DNA from: the human T2T-CHM13v2.0 reference genome, Homo sapiens
Length of the DNA: 64,000 bases
Reading direction: 5' to 3' (one strand)
Assembly: GCF_009914755.1 (NCBI RefSeq)
Contig: NC_060941.1
The translations under genes and the position numbers were made by a program. How positions within the stretch are numbered: position 1 is the first letter of the stretch; each line of letters starts with the position of its first letter. Of the stretch, positions 13,101 to 25,753 are shown piece after piece. A model generated the notes under the pieces. It searched no databases. It had not been told where the DNA came from and saw only the letters and a program-made list of their open reading frames with translations.

Positions 13101-16100
13101 ACGTTTGAAACACTCTTTTTGCAGGATCTACAAGTGGATATTTGGACCACTCTGTGGCCTTCGTTCGAAACGGGTATATCTTCACATGACATCTAGACAG
13201 AAGCATTCTCAGAAGCTTCTCTGTGATGACTGCATTCAACTCACGGAGCTGAACACTCCTTTTGAGAGTGCAGTTTTGAAACTCTCTTTCTGTGGCATCT
13301 GCAAGGGGACATGTAGACCTCTTTGAAGATTTCGTTGGAAACGGAATCATCTTCACATAAAAACTATACAGATGCATTCTCAGGAACTTTTTGGTGATGT
13401 TTGTATTCAACTCCCAGAGTTGAACTTTCCTTTGGAAAGAGCAGCTATGAAACACTCTTTTTCTAGAATCTGCAAGTGGACGTTTGGAGGGCTTTGTGGT
13501 TTGTGGTGGAAAAGGAAATATCTTCACCTAAATACTAGATAGAAGCATTCTCAGAAACTGCTTTGTGATGATTGCATTCACCTCACAGAGTTGAACATTC
13601 CTATTGATAGAGCAGTTCGTAAACACTCTTGTTGCAGAATCTGCAAGTGGATATTTGGACCACTCTGTGGCCTTCGTTCGAAACGGGTACATCTTCCCAT
13701 AAAATCTAGAGAGAAGCCTTCTGAGAAACTTCTCTGTGATGATTGCATTCAACTCACAGAGTTGAAACCTCCTATGGATAGAGCAGTGTTGAAACTCTCT
13801 TTTTGTGGAATCTGCAAGTGGATATGTGGACCCCTCCGAAGATGTCTTTGGAAACGGGAATATCTTCACATAAAAACTAAACAGAAGCATTCTCAGAAAC
13901 TTCTCTGTGATGTTTGTGTTCAACTCCCAGAGTTTCACATGGCTTCTCATAGAGTAGTTCTGAAACATGCTTTTCATAGTGTCTGCAAGTGGACATTTGG
14001 AGTGCTTTCAGGCCTGTGGTGGAAAACGAATTATGGTCACATAAAAACTGGAGAGAAGCATTGTCAGAAACATCTTCGTGATGATTGCATTCAACTCACA
14101 GAGTTGAAGGTTCCTTTACAAACAGCAGTTTCCAAACACTCTTTCTGTGGAATCTGCAAGTGGATATTTGGACCTCTTTGCATATTTCCTTGGAAACGGG
14201 ATAATCTTCACAGAAAAGCTAAACAGAAGCATTCTCAGAAACTTCTTTGTGATGCTTGCATTCAACTCACAGAGTTGAACTTTCCTTTCGAGAGAGAAGC
14301 TTTGAAACACTCTTTTTCCAGAATCTGCAAGTGGACATTTGGAGGGCTTTGAGGCCTGTGGTGGAAAAGGAATTATCTTCCCGTAAAAGCTAGATAGAAG
14401 CATTCTCAGAAACTACTTTGTGATGATTGCATTCAAGTCACAGATTTGAACATTCCCTTTGACGGAGCAGTTTGGAAACTCTCTTTGTGTAGAATCTGCA
14501 AGTGGAGATATGGAATGCTTTGAGGACTATGGTAGTAAAGGAAATAGCTTCATATAAAAGCTAGACAGTAGCATTCACAGAAAACTCCTGGTGACGACTG
14601 AGTTTAACTCACAGAGCTGAACATTCCCTTGTTTGGAGCAGTTTCGAAACACACTCTTTGTAGAATCTGCAGGTGGATATTTGGGCCTCTCTGAGGATTT
14701 CGTTGGAAACGGGATAAACCGCACAGAACTAAAACAGAAGCATTCTCAGAACCCTCTTCGTGATGTTTGCATTCAACTCACAGTGCTGAACCTTTCTTTG
14801 ATAGTTCAGCTTTGAAACACTCTTTTTGTAGAAACTGCAAGTGGATATTTGGTCCTCTCTGAGGATTTCGTTGGAAAAGGGATAAACCGCACAGAACTAA
14901 GCAGAAGCATTCTCAGAACCTTCTTCGTGATGTCTGCATTCAACTCACAGTGTGGAACCTTTCTTTGATAGTTCAGGTTTGAAACACTCTTTTTGTAGAA
15001 ACTGCAAGGGGATAATTGCACTTCTTTGAGGCCTACCGTAGTAAAGGAAATAACTTCCTATAAAAAGAAGACAGAAGCTTTCTCAGAAAATTCTTTGCGA
15101 TGATTGAGTAGAACTCACAGAGCTGAACATTCCTTTGGATGGAGCAGTTTCGAAACACACTCTTTGTAAAATCTGCAAGTGGATATTTTGGCCTCTCTGA
15201 GGATTTCGTTGGAAACGGGTTAAACCGCACAGAACTAAAACAGAAGCATTCTCAGAACCCTCTTCGTGATGTTTGCATTCAACTCACAGTGCTGAACCTT
15301 TCTTTGATAGTTCAGCTTTGAAACACTCTTTTTGTAGAAACTGCAAGTGGATATTTGGTCCTCTCTGAGGATTTCGTTGGAAAAGGGATAAACCGCACAG
15401 AACTAAGCAGAAGCATTCTCAGAACCTTCTTCGTGATGTCTGCATTCAACTCACAGTGTGGAAACTTTCTTTGATAGTTCAGGTTTGAAACACTCTTTTT
15501 GTAGAAACTGCAAGGGGATAACTGCACTTCTTTGAGGCCTACCGTAGTAAAGGAAATAACTTCCTATAAAAAGAAGACACAAACTTTCTCAGAAAATTCT
15601 TTGGGATGTTTGAGTTGAACTCACAGAGCTGAACATTCCTTGCGATGGAGCAGTTTAGAAACACACTTTCTGCAGAATCTGCAAGTGCATATTTGGACCT
15701 CTCTGAGGAATTCGTTGGAAACGGGATAATTTCAGCTGACTAAACAGAAGCAGTCTCAGAATCTTCTTTGTGAAGTTTGCATTCAAATCCCAGAGTTGAA
15801 TTTTCCTTTCAAAGTTCACGTTTGAAACACTCTTTTTGCAGGATCTACAAGTGGATATTTGGACCACTCTGTGGCCTTCGTTCGAAACGGGTATATCTTC
15901 ACATGACATCTAGACAGAAGCATTCTCAGAAGCTTCTCTGTGATGACTGCATTCAACTCACGGAGTTGAACACTCCTTTTGAGAGTGCAGTTTTGAAACT
16001 CTCTTTCTGTGGCATCTGCAAGGGGACATGTAGACCTCTTTGAAGATTTCGTTGGAAACGGAATCATCTTCACATAAAAACTATACAGATGCATTCTCAG

Positions 16101-19100
16101 GAACTTTTTGGTGATGTTTGTATTCAACACCCAGAGTTGAACTTTCCTTTGGAAAGAGCAGCTATGAAACACTCTTTTTCTAGAATCTGCAAGTGGACGT
16201 TTGGAGGGCTTTGTGGTTTGTGGTGGAAAAGGAAATATCTTCACCTAAATACTAGATAGAAGCATTCTCAGAAACTGCTTTGTGATGATTGCATTCACCT
16301 CACAGAGTTGAACATTCCTATTGATAAAGCAGTTCATAAACGCTCTTGTTGCAGAATCTGCAAGTGGATATTTGGACCACTCTGTGGCCTTCGTTCGAAA
16401 CGGGTACATCTTCACATAAAATCTAGACAGAAGCCTTCTGCGAAACTTCTCTGAGATGATTGCATTCAACTCACAGAGTTGAACCCTCCTATGGATAGAG
16501 CAGTGTTGAAACTCTCTTTTTGTGGAATCTGCAAGTGGATATGTGGACCCCTCCGAAGATGTCTTTGGAAACGGGAATATCTTCACATAAAAACTAAACA
16601 GAAGCATTCTCAGAAACTTCTCTGTGATGTTTGTGTTCAACTCCCAGAGTTTCACATTGCTTCTCATAGAGTAGTTCTGAAACATGCTTTTCATAGTGTC
16701 TGCAAGTGGACATTTGGAGCGCTTTCAGGCCTGTGGTGGAAATCGAATTATGGTCACATAAAAACTGGAGAGAAGCATTGTCAGAAACTTCTTCGTGATG
16801 ATTGCATTCAACTCACAGAGTTGAAGGTTCCTTTTCAAACAGCAGTTTCCAAACACTCTTTCTGTGGAATCTGCAAGTGGATATTTGGACCTCTTTGAAG
16901 ATTTCGTTGGAAACGGGATAATCTTCACAGAAAAGCTAAACAGAAGCATTCTCAGAAACTTCTTTGTGATGCTTGCATTCAACTCACAGAGTTGAACTTT
17001 TCTTTCGAGAGAGAAGCTTTGAAACACTCTTTTTCCAGAATCTGCAAGTGGACATTTGGAGGGCTTTGAGGCCTGTGGTGGAAAAGGAATTATCTTCCCG
17101 TAAAAGCTAGATAGAAGCATTCTCAGAAACTACTTTGTGATGATTGCATTCAAGTCACAGAGTTGAACATTCCCTTTGACGGAGCAGTTTCGAAACTCTC
17201 TTTGTGTAGAATCTGCAAGTGGAGATATGGAATGCTTTGAGGACTATGGTAGTAAAGGAAATAGCTTCATATAAAAGCTAGACAGTAGCATTCACAGAAA
17301 ACTCTTGGTGACGACTGAGTTTAACTCACAGAGCTGAACATTCCCTTGGTTGGAGCAGTTTCGAAACACACTCTTTGTAGAATCTGCAGGTGGATATTTG
17401 GGCCTCTCTGAGGATTTCGTTGGAAACGGGATAAACCGCACAGAACTAAAACAGAAGCATTCTCAGAACCCTCTTCGTGATGTTTGCATTCAACTCACAG
17501 TGCTGAGCCTTTCTTCGATAGTTCAGCTTTGAAACACTCTTTTTGTAGAAACTGCAAGTGGATATTTGGTCCTCTCTGAGGATTTCGTTGGAACAGGGAT
17601 AAACCGCACAGAACTAAACAGAAGCATTCTCAGAACCTTCTTCGTGATGTCTGCATTCAACTCACAGTGTGGAACCTTTCTTTGATAGTTCAGGTTTGAA
17701 ACACTCTTTTTGTAGAAACTGCAAGGGGATAATTGCACTTCTTTGAGGCCTACCGTAGTAAAGGAAATAACTTCCTATAAAAAGAAGACAGAAGCTTTCT
17801 CAGAAAATTCTTTGGGATGATTGAGTTGAACTCACAGAGCTGAACATTCCTTGCGATGGAGCAGTTTAGAAACACACTTTCTGCAGAATCTGCAAGTGCA
17901 TATTTGGACCTCTCTGAGGAATTCGTTGGAAACGGGATAATTTCAGCTGACTAAACAGAAGCAGTCTCAGAATCTTCTTTGTGATGTTTGCATTCAAATC
18001 CCAGAGTTGAACTTTCCTTTCAAAGTTCACGTTTGAAACACTCTTTTTGCAGGATCTACAACTGGATAATTGGACCACTCTGTGTCCTTCGTTCGAAACG
18101 GGTATATCTTCACATGACATCTAGACAGAAGCATTCTCAGAAGCTTCTCTGTGATGACTGCATTCAACTCACGGAGTTGAACACTCCTTTTGAGAGCGCA
18201 GTTTTGAAACTCTCTTTCTGTGGCATCTGCAAGGGGACATGTAGACCTCTTTGAAGATTTCGTTGGAAATGGAATCATCTTCACATAAAAACTATACAGA
18301 TGCATTCTCAGGAACATTTTGGTTATGTTTGTATTCAACTCCCAGAGTTGAACTTTCCTTTGGAAAGAGCAGCTATGAAACACTCTTTTTCTAGAATCTG
18401 CAAGTGGACGTTTGGAGGGCTTTGTGGTTTGTGGTGGAAAAGGAATTATCTTCACCTAAATACTAGATAGAAGCATTCTCAGAAACTGCTTTGTGATGAT
18501 TGCATTCACCTCACAGAGTTGAACATTCCTATTGATAGAGCAGTTCGTAAACACTCTTGTTGCAGAATCTGCAAGTGGATATTTGGACCACTCTGTGGCC
18601 TTCGTTCGAAACGGGTACATCTTCACATAAAATCTAGAGAGAAGCCTTCTGAGAAACTTCTCTGTGATGATTGCATTCAACTCACAGATTTGAAACCTCC
18701 TATGGATAGAGCAGTGTTGAAACTCTCTTTTTGTGGAATCTGCAAGTGGATATGTGGACCCCTCCGAAGATGTCTTTGGAAACGGGAATATCTTCACATA
18801 AAAACTAAACAGAAGCATTCTCAGAAACTTCTCTGTGATGTTTGTGTTCAACTCCCAGAGTTTCACATTGCTTCTCATAGAGTAGTTCTGAAACATGCTT
18901 TTCCTAGTGTCTGCAAGTGGACATTTGGAGCGCTTTCAGGCCTGTGGTGGAAAACGAATTATGGTCACATAAAAACTGGAGAGAAGCATTGTCAGAAACA
19001 TCTTCGTGATGATTGCATTCAACTCACCAAGTTGAAGGTTCCTTTTCCAACAGCAGTTTCCAAACACTCTTTCTGTGGAATCTGCAAGTGGATATTTGGA

Positions 19101-20672
19101 CCTCTTTGAAGATTTCGTTGGAAACGGGAGAATCTTCACAGAAAAGCTAAACAGAAGCATTCTCAGAAACTTCTTTGTGATGCTTGCATTCAACTCACAG
19201 AGTTGAACTTTCCTTTTGAGAGAGAAGCTTTGAAACACTCTTTTTCCAGAATCTGCAAGTGGACATTTGGAGGGCTTTGAGGCCTGTGGTGGAAAAGGAA
19301 TTATCTTCCCGTAAAAGCTAGATAGAAGCATTCTCAGAAACTACTTTGTGATGATTGCATTCAAGTCACAGATTTGAACATTCCCTTTGACGGAGCAGTT
19401 TGGAAACTCTCTTTGTGTAGAATCTGCAAGTGGAGCTATGGAATGCTTTGAGGACTATGGTAGTAAAGGAAATAGCTTCATATAAAAGCTAGACAGTAGC
19501 ATTCACAGAAAACTCCTGGTGACGACTGAGTTTAACTCACAGAGCTGAACATTCCCTTGGTTGGAGCAGTTTCGAAACACACTGTTTGTAGAATCTGCAG
19601 GTGGATGTTTGGGCCTCTCTGAGGATTTCGTTGGAAACGGGATAAACGGCAGAGAACTAAAACAGAAGCATTCTCAGAACCCTCTTCGTGATGTTTGCAT
19701 TCAACTCACAGTGCTGAGCCTTTCTTCGATAGTTCAGCTTTGAAACACTCTTTTTGTAGAAACTGCAAGTGGATATTTGGTCCTCTCTGAGGATTTCGTT
19801 GGAAAAGGGATAAACCGCACAGAACTAAACAGAAGCATTCTCAGAACTTTCTTCGTGATGTCTGCATTCAACTCACAGTGTGGAACCTTTCTTTGATAGT
19901 TCAGGTTTGAAACACTCTTTTTGTAGAAACTGCAAGGGGATAATTGCACTTCTTTGAGGCCTACCGTAGTAAAGGAAATAACTTCCTATAAAAAGAAGAC
20001 AGAAGCTTTCTCAGAAAATTCTTTGGGATGATTGAGTAGAACTCACAGAGCTGAACATTCCTTTGGATGGAGCAGTTTCGAAACACACTCTTTGTAAAAT
20101 CTGCAAGTGGATATTTCGGCCTCTCTGAGGATTTCGTTGGAAACGGGATAAACCGCACAGAACTAAAACAGAAGCATTCTCAGAACCCTCTTCGTGATGT
20201 TTGCATTCAACTCACAGTGCTGAACCTTTCTTTGATAGTTCAGCTTTGAAACACTCTTTTTGTAGAAACTGCAAGTGGATATTTGGTCTTCTCTGAGTAT
20301 TTCTTTGGAAAAGGGATAAACCGCACAGAACTAAACAGAAGCATTCTCAGAACCTTCTTCGTGATGTCTGCATTCAACTCACAGTGTGGAACCTTTCTTT
20401 GATAGTTCAGGTTTGAAACACTCTTTTTGTACAAACTGCAAGGGGATAATTGCACTTCTTTGAGGTCTACCGTCGTAAAGGAAATAACTTCCTATAAAAA
20501 GAAGACAGAAACTTTCTCAGAAAATTCTTTGTGATGATTGAGTTGAACTCACAGAGCTGAACATTCCTTGCGATGGAGCAGTTTAGAAACACACTTTCTG
20601 CAGAATCTGCAAGTGCATATTTGGACCTCTCTGAGGAATTCGTTGGAAACGGGATAATTTCAGCTGACTAAA
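10144..20672 (+). repeat. Structurally rearranged HOR block built from hybrid monomers (closing a 12-mer, then 16-, 16-, 13- and 16-mer units)
   Basis: Spacing of the monomer-D ORF anchor: 8302->10343 = 2041, ->13060 = 2717, ->15777 = 2717, ->17988 = 2211, ->20705 = 2717. Hybrid monomers: O/C at 10144, G/I at 10823/13540/16257/18468, C/O at 12355/15072/20000. Confidence 0.9.
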
Positions 20673-22539
20673 CAGAAGCAGTCTCAGAATCTTCTTTGTG
20701 ATGTTTGCATTCAAATCCCAGATTTGAACTTTCCTTTCAAAGTTCAGGTTTGAAACCCTCTTTTTGCAGGATCTACAAGTGGATATTTGGACCACTCTGT
20801 GGCCTTCGTTCGAAACGGGTATATCTTCACATGACATCTAGACAGAAGCACTCTCAGAAGCTTCTCTGTGATGACTGCATTCAACTCACGGAGTTGAACA
20901 CTCCTTTTGAGAGTGCAGTTTCGAATCTCTCTTTCTGTGGAATCTGCAAGGGGACATGTAGACCTCTTTGAAGGTTTCGTTGGAAACAGAATCATCTTCA
21001 CATAAAAATTACAGGGAAACATTCTCAGGAACTCCTTGGTGCTGTTTGTATTCAACTTCCAGAGTTGAACTTTCCTTTGGAAAGAGCAGCTAGGAAACCC
21101 ACTTTTTCTAGAATCTGCAAGTGGATATTTGGAGGGCTTTGAGGTTTGTGGTGGAAAAGGACATATCTTCACGTAAATACTAGATAGAAGCATTCTCAGA
21201 AACTACTTTGTGATGATTGCATTCACCTCACAGAGTTGAACATTCCTATTGAGAGAGCAGTTTGGAAACACTCTTGTTGGAGAATCTGCAAGTGGAGATT
21301 TGGAGCGCTTTGAGGCCTATGGTAGTAAAGGGAATATCTTCATATAAAAACTAGACAGAAGCATTCTCAGAAAATACTTTGTGATGATTGAGTTTAACTC
21401 ACAGAGCTGAACATTCCTTTGGATGGAGCAGGTTTGAAACACAATTTTTGTAGAATCTACAAGTGGATATTTGGACCTCTCTGAGGATTTCGTTGGAAAC
21501 GGGATAACTGCACCTAACTAAACAGAAGCATTCTCAGAAACTTCTTTGTGATGTTTGCATTCAAATCCCAGAGTTGAACCTTCTTTTGATAGGTCAGGTT
21601 TGAAACACTCTTTCTGTACGATCTGCAAGTGGATATTTGGACCACTCTGTGGCCTTCGTTCGAAACGGGTACATCTTCACATAACATCTAGACAGAAGAC
21701 TTCTCAGAAACTTCTCTGTGATGATTGCATTCAACTCACAGAGTTGAACCCTCCTATGGTTACAGCAGTTTTAAATCTCTCATTTTGTGGAATCTGCAAG
21801 TGGATATTTGGAGGGCTTTGAGGCCTGTGGTGGAAAGGGAATTATCTTCCCGTAAAAACTAGATAGAAGCATTCTCGGAAACTGCTTTGTGATGATTGCA
21901 TTCAAGTCACAGAGTTGAACATTCCCTTTGACAGAGCACTTTGGAAACTCTCGTTGTGTAGAATCTGCAAGTGGAGATATGGACCGCTTTGAGGCCTATG
22001 GTAGTAAAGGAAATAGCTTCATGTAAAAACTGGACAGTAGCATTCTCAGAAAATTCTTTGTGATGACTGAGTTTAACTCACAGGGCTGAACATTCCTTTG
22101 GATGGAGCAGTTTCGAATCACACTCTTTGTAGAACCTGCAAGTGGATATTTGGTCCTCTCTGAGGATTTCGTTGGAAACCGGATATACCGCACAGAACTA
22201 AACAGAAGCATTCTCAGAACCTTCTTCGTGATGTTTGCATTCAACTCACAGTGTTGAACCTTTCTTTTATAGTTCAGGTTTGAAACACTCTTTTTGTAGA
22301 AACTGCAAGTGGATAATTGCACTTCTTTGAGGCCTATCGTAGTAAAGGAAATAACTTCATGTAAAAATAAGACAGAAGTTTTCTCTGAAAATCCTCTGTG
22401 ATGATTGTGTTGAACTCACAGAGCTGTACTTTCCTTGGGATGGAGTAGTTTCGAAACACACTTTCTGTAGAATCTGAAAGTGGATATTTGGACCTGTCTG
22501 AGGAATTCTTTGGAAACGGGATAATTTCAGCTAACTAAA
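20673..22539 (+). repeat. Single divergent 11-mer unit (1867 bp) at the array junction
   Basis: Anchor spacing 20705->22572 = 1867. Monomer order D E F G H I J/M N O B C. The J/M hybrid at 21693-21863 removes 3 monomers, monomer A is absent, and many private substitutions are present. Confidence 0.85.
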
Positions 22540-24072
22540 CAGAAGCAGACTCAGAATCTTCTTTGAGATGATTGCTTTCAAATCCCAGAGTTGCAACTTC
22601 CTTGGAAAGTTCAGGTTTGAAACCCTCTTTTTGCAGGATCTACAAGTGGATATTTGGACCACTCTGTGGCCTTCGTTCAAAACGGGTATATCTTCACATA
22701 ACATCTAGACAGAAGCATTCTCAGAAACTTTTCTGTGATGACTGCATTCAACTCACAGAGTTGAACACTCCTTTTGAGAGCGCAGTTTTGAAACTCTCTT
22801 TCTGTGGAATCTGCAAGGGGACATGTAGACCTCTTTGAAGGTTTCGTTGGAAACAGAATCATCTTCACATAAAAATTACACGGAAGCATTCTCAGGAACT
22901 CCTTGGTGCTGTTTATATTCAACTTCCAGAGTTGAACTTTCCTTCCGAAAGAGCAGCTATGAAACACACTTTTTCTAGAATCTGCAAGTGGATATTTGGA
23001 GGGCTTTGAGGTTTGTGGTGGAAAAGGACATATCTCCACATAAATACTAGATAGAAGCATTCTCAGAAACTACTTTGTGATGATTGCATTCACCTCAGAG
23101 AGTTGAACATTCCTATTGGGAGAGCAGTTTGGAAACACTCTTGCTGTAGAATCTGCAAGTGGAGATTTGGAGTGCTTTGAGGCCTATGGTAGTAAAGGGA
23201 ATAGCTTCATATAAAAACTAGACAGAAGCATTCTCAGAAAATACTTTGTGATGATTGAGTTTAACTCACAGAGCTGAACATTCCTTTGGATGGAGCAGGT
23301 TTGAAACACACTTTTTGTAGAATCTGCAAGTGGATATTTGGACCTCTCTGAGGATTTCGTTGGAAACGGGATAACTGCACCTAACTAAACAGAAGCATTC
23401 TCAGAAACTTCTTTGTGATGTTTGCATTCAACTCCCAGAGTTGAACCTTCCTTTGATAGGTCAGGTTTGAAACACTCTTTCTGTACGTTCTGCAAGTGGA
23501 TATTTGGACCACTCTGTGGCCTTCGTTCGAATCGGGTACATCTTCACATAACATCTAGATAGAAGCCTTCTCAGAAACTTCTCTGTGATGATTGCATTCA
23601 ACTCACAGAGTTGAACCCTCCTATGGATAGAGCAGTTTTGAATCTCTCATTTTGTGGAATCTGCAAGTGGATATGTGGACCTCTTTGAAGATGTCTTTGG
23701 AAACGGGAATATCTTCACATAAAACCTAAAGAGAAGCATTCTCAGAAACTTCTCTGTCATGTTTGCATTCACCTCACAGAGTTTCACATTGCTTTTCATA
23801 GAGCAGTTCTGGAACATGCTTTTCGGAGTGTCTGCAAGTGGACATTTGGAGAGCCTTCTGGCCTGTGTTGGAAAACGAATTATCGTCACATAAAAACTAG
23901 AGAGAAGCATTGTCAGGAACTTGTTTGTGATGATTGCATTCAACTCACAGAGTTGAAGGTTCCTTTTCAAACAGCAGTTTCCAAAAACTCTTTCTGTGGA
24001 ATCTGCAAGTGGATTTTTGGACCTCTTTGAAGATATCGTTGGAAACGGGATAATCTTCACAGAAAAGCTAAA
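22540..24072 (+). repeat. Divergent partial 14-mer unit leading into the homogeneous array
   Basis: Same monomer order as the downstream 14-mer but with private variants (gagatgattgctttc, cgttcaaaacg, cgaatcggg, aaacctaaagag, ccaaaaactc). It matches the downstream consensus from about monomer M (24073). Confidence 0.8.
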
Positions 24073-25052
24073 CAGAAGCATTCTCAGAAACTCCTTTGTG
24101 ATGTTTGCATTCAACTCACAGAGTTGAACATTCCTTTTGAGAGACAAGCTTTGAAACACTCTTTCTCTAGAATCTGCAAGTGGATATTTGGAGGGCTTTG
24201 AGGCCTGTGGTGGAAAGGGAATTCTCTTCCAGTAAAAACTAGATAGAAGCATTCTCAGAAACTACTTTGTGATGATTGCATTCAAGTCACAGAGTTGAAT
24301 ATTCCCTTTGACAGAGCACTTTGGAAACTCTCGCTGTGTAGAATCTGCAAGTGGAGATATGGACCGCTTTGAGGCCTATGGTAGTAAAGGAAATAGCTTC
24401 ATAGAAAAACTAGACAGTAGCATTCTCAGAAAACTGTTTGTGACGACTGAGTTTAACTCACAAGGCTGAACATTCCTTTGGATGGAGCAGTTTCGAAACA
24501 CACTCTTTGTAGAATCTGCAAGTGGATATTTGGGCCTCTCTGAGGATTTCATTGGAAAAGGGATAAACCGCACAGAACTAAACAGAAGCATTCTCAGAAC
24601 CTTCTTCGTGATGTTTGCATTCAACTCACAGTGTTGAACCTTTTTTGATAGTTCAGGTTTGAAACACTCTTTTTGTAGAAACTGCAAGTGGATAATTGCA
24701 CTTCTTTGAGGCCTATCCTACTAAAGGAAATAACTTCTTCATATAAAATCAAGACAGAAGGTTTCTCAGAAAATCCTCTGGGATGATTGAGTTGAACTCA
24801 CAGAGCTGTACTTTCCTTGGGATGGAGTAGTTTCGAAACACACTTTCTGTGGAATCTGCAAGTGGATATTTGGACCTGTCTGAGGAATTTGTTGGTAACG
24901 GGATAATTTCAGCTAACTAAACAGAAGCAGTCTCTGAATTTTCTTTGTGATGTTTGCATTCAAATCCCAGAATTGCACCTTCCTTGGAAAGTTCAGGTTT
25001 GAAACCCTCATTTTGCAGGATCTACAAGTGGATATTTGGACCACTCTGTGGC

Positions 25053-25069
25053 CTTCGTTCGAAACGGGT
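25053..25069 (+). promoter_or_regulatory. CENP-B box variant, monomer D of the 14-mer (recurs every 2382 bp)
   Basis: cttcgttcgaaacgggt retains all essential positions TTCG....A..CGGG. Confidence 0.85.
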
Positions 25070-25736
25070 ATATCTTCACATAACGTCTAGACAGAAGCAT
25101 TCTCAGAAACTTTTCTGTGATGACTGCATTCAACTCACAGAGTTGAACACTCCTTTTGAGAGCGCAGTTTTGAAACTCTCTTTCTGTGGAATCTGCAAGG
25201 GGACATGTAGACCTCTTTGAAGGTTTCGTTGGAAACAGAATCATCTTCACAAAAAAATTACACGGAAGCATTCTCAGGAACCCCTTGGTGCTGATTGTAT
25301 TCAACTTCCAGAGTTGAACTTTCCTTCGGAGAGAGCAGTTATGAAACACTCTTTTTCTAGAATCTGCAAGTGGATATTTGGAGGGCTTTGAGGTTTGTGG
25401 TGGAAAAGGAAATATCTTCACATAAATACTAGATGGAAGCATTCTCAGAAACTACTTTGTGATGATTGCATTCACCTCACAGAGTTGAACATTCCTATTG
25501 AGAGAGCAGTTTGGAAACACTCTTGTTGGAGAATCTGCAAGTGGAGATTTGGAGCGCTTTGAGGCCTATGGTACTAAAGGGAATAGCTTCATATAAAAAC
25601 TAGGCAGAAGCATTCTCAGAAAATACTTTGTGATGATTGAGTTTAACTCACAGAGCTGAACATTCCTTTGGATGGAGCAGGTTTGAAACACACTTTTTGT
25701 AGAATCTGCAAGTGGATATTTGGACCTCTCTGAGGA

Positions 25737-25753
25737 TTTCGTTGGAAACGGGA
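25737..25753 (+). promoter_or_regulatory. CENP-B box, monomer H of the 14-mer (recurs every 2382 bp)
   Basis: tttcgttggaaacggga is an exact consensus match. Confidence 0.95.

Noticed and set aside
13591-14352. Longest ORF (253 aa, Cys-rich, superficially zinc-finger-like)
   Set aside because: It is extended only by the G/I fusion and a private stop-removing substitution (ctttgcata at ~14180). The Cys motifs simply reflect the tgtgatgattgc and tgtggaatctgc monomer sequence.
10144-24072. Possible mobile-element insertion or inversion at the period changes
   Set aside because: All length changes are whole-monomer multiples with hybrid monomers. I saw no poly-A tail, target-site duplication, non-alphoid sequence or strand switch.
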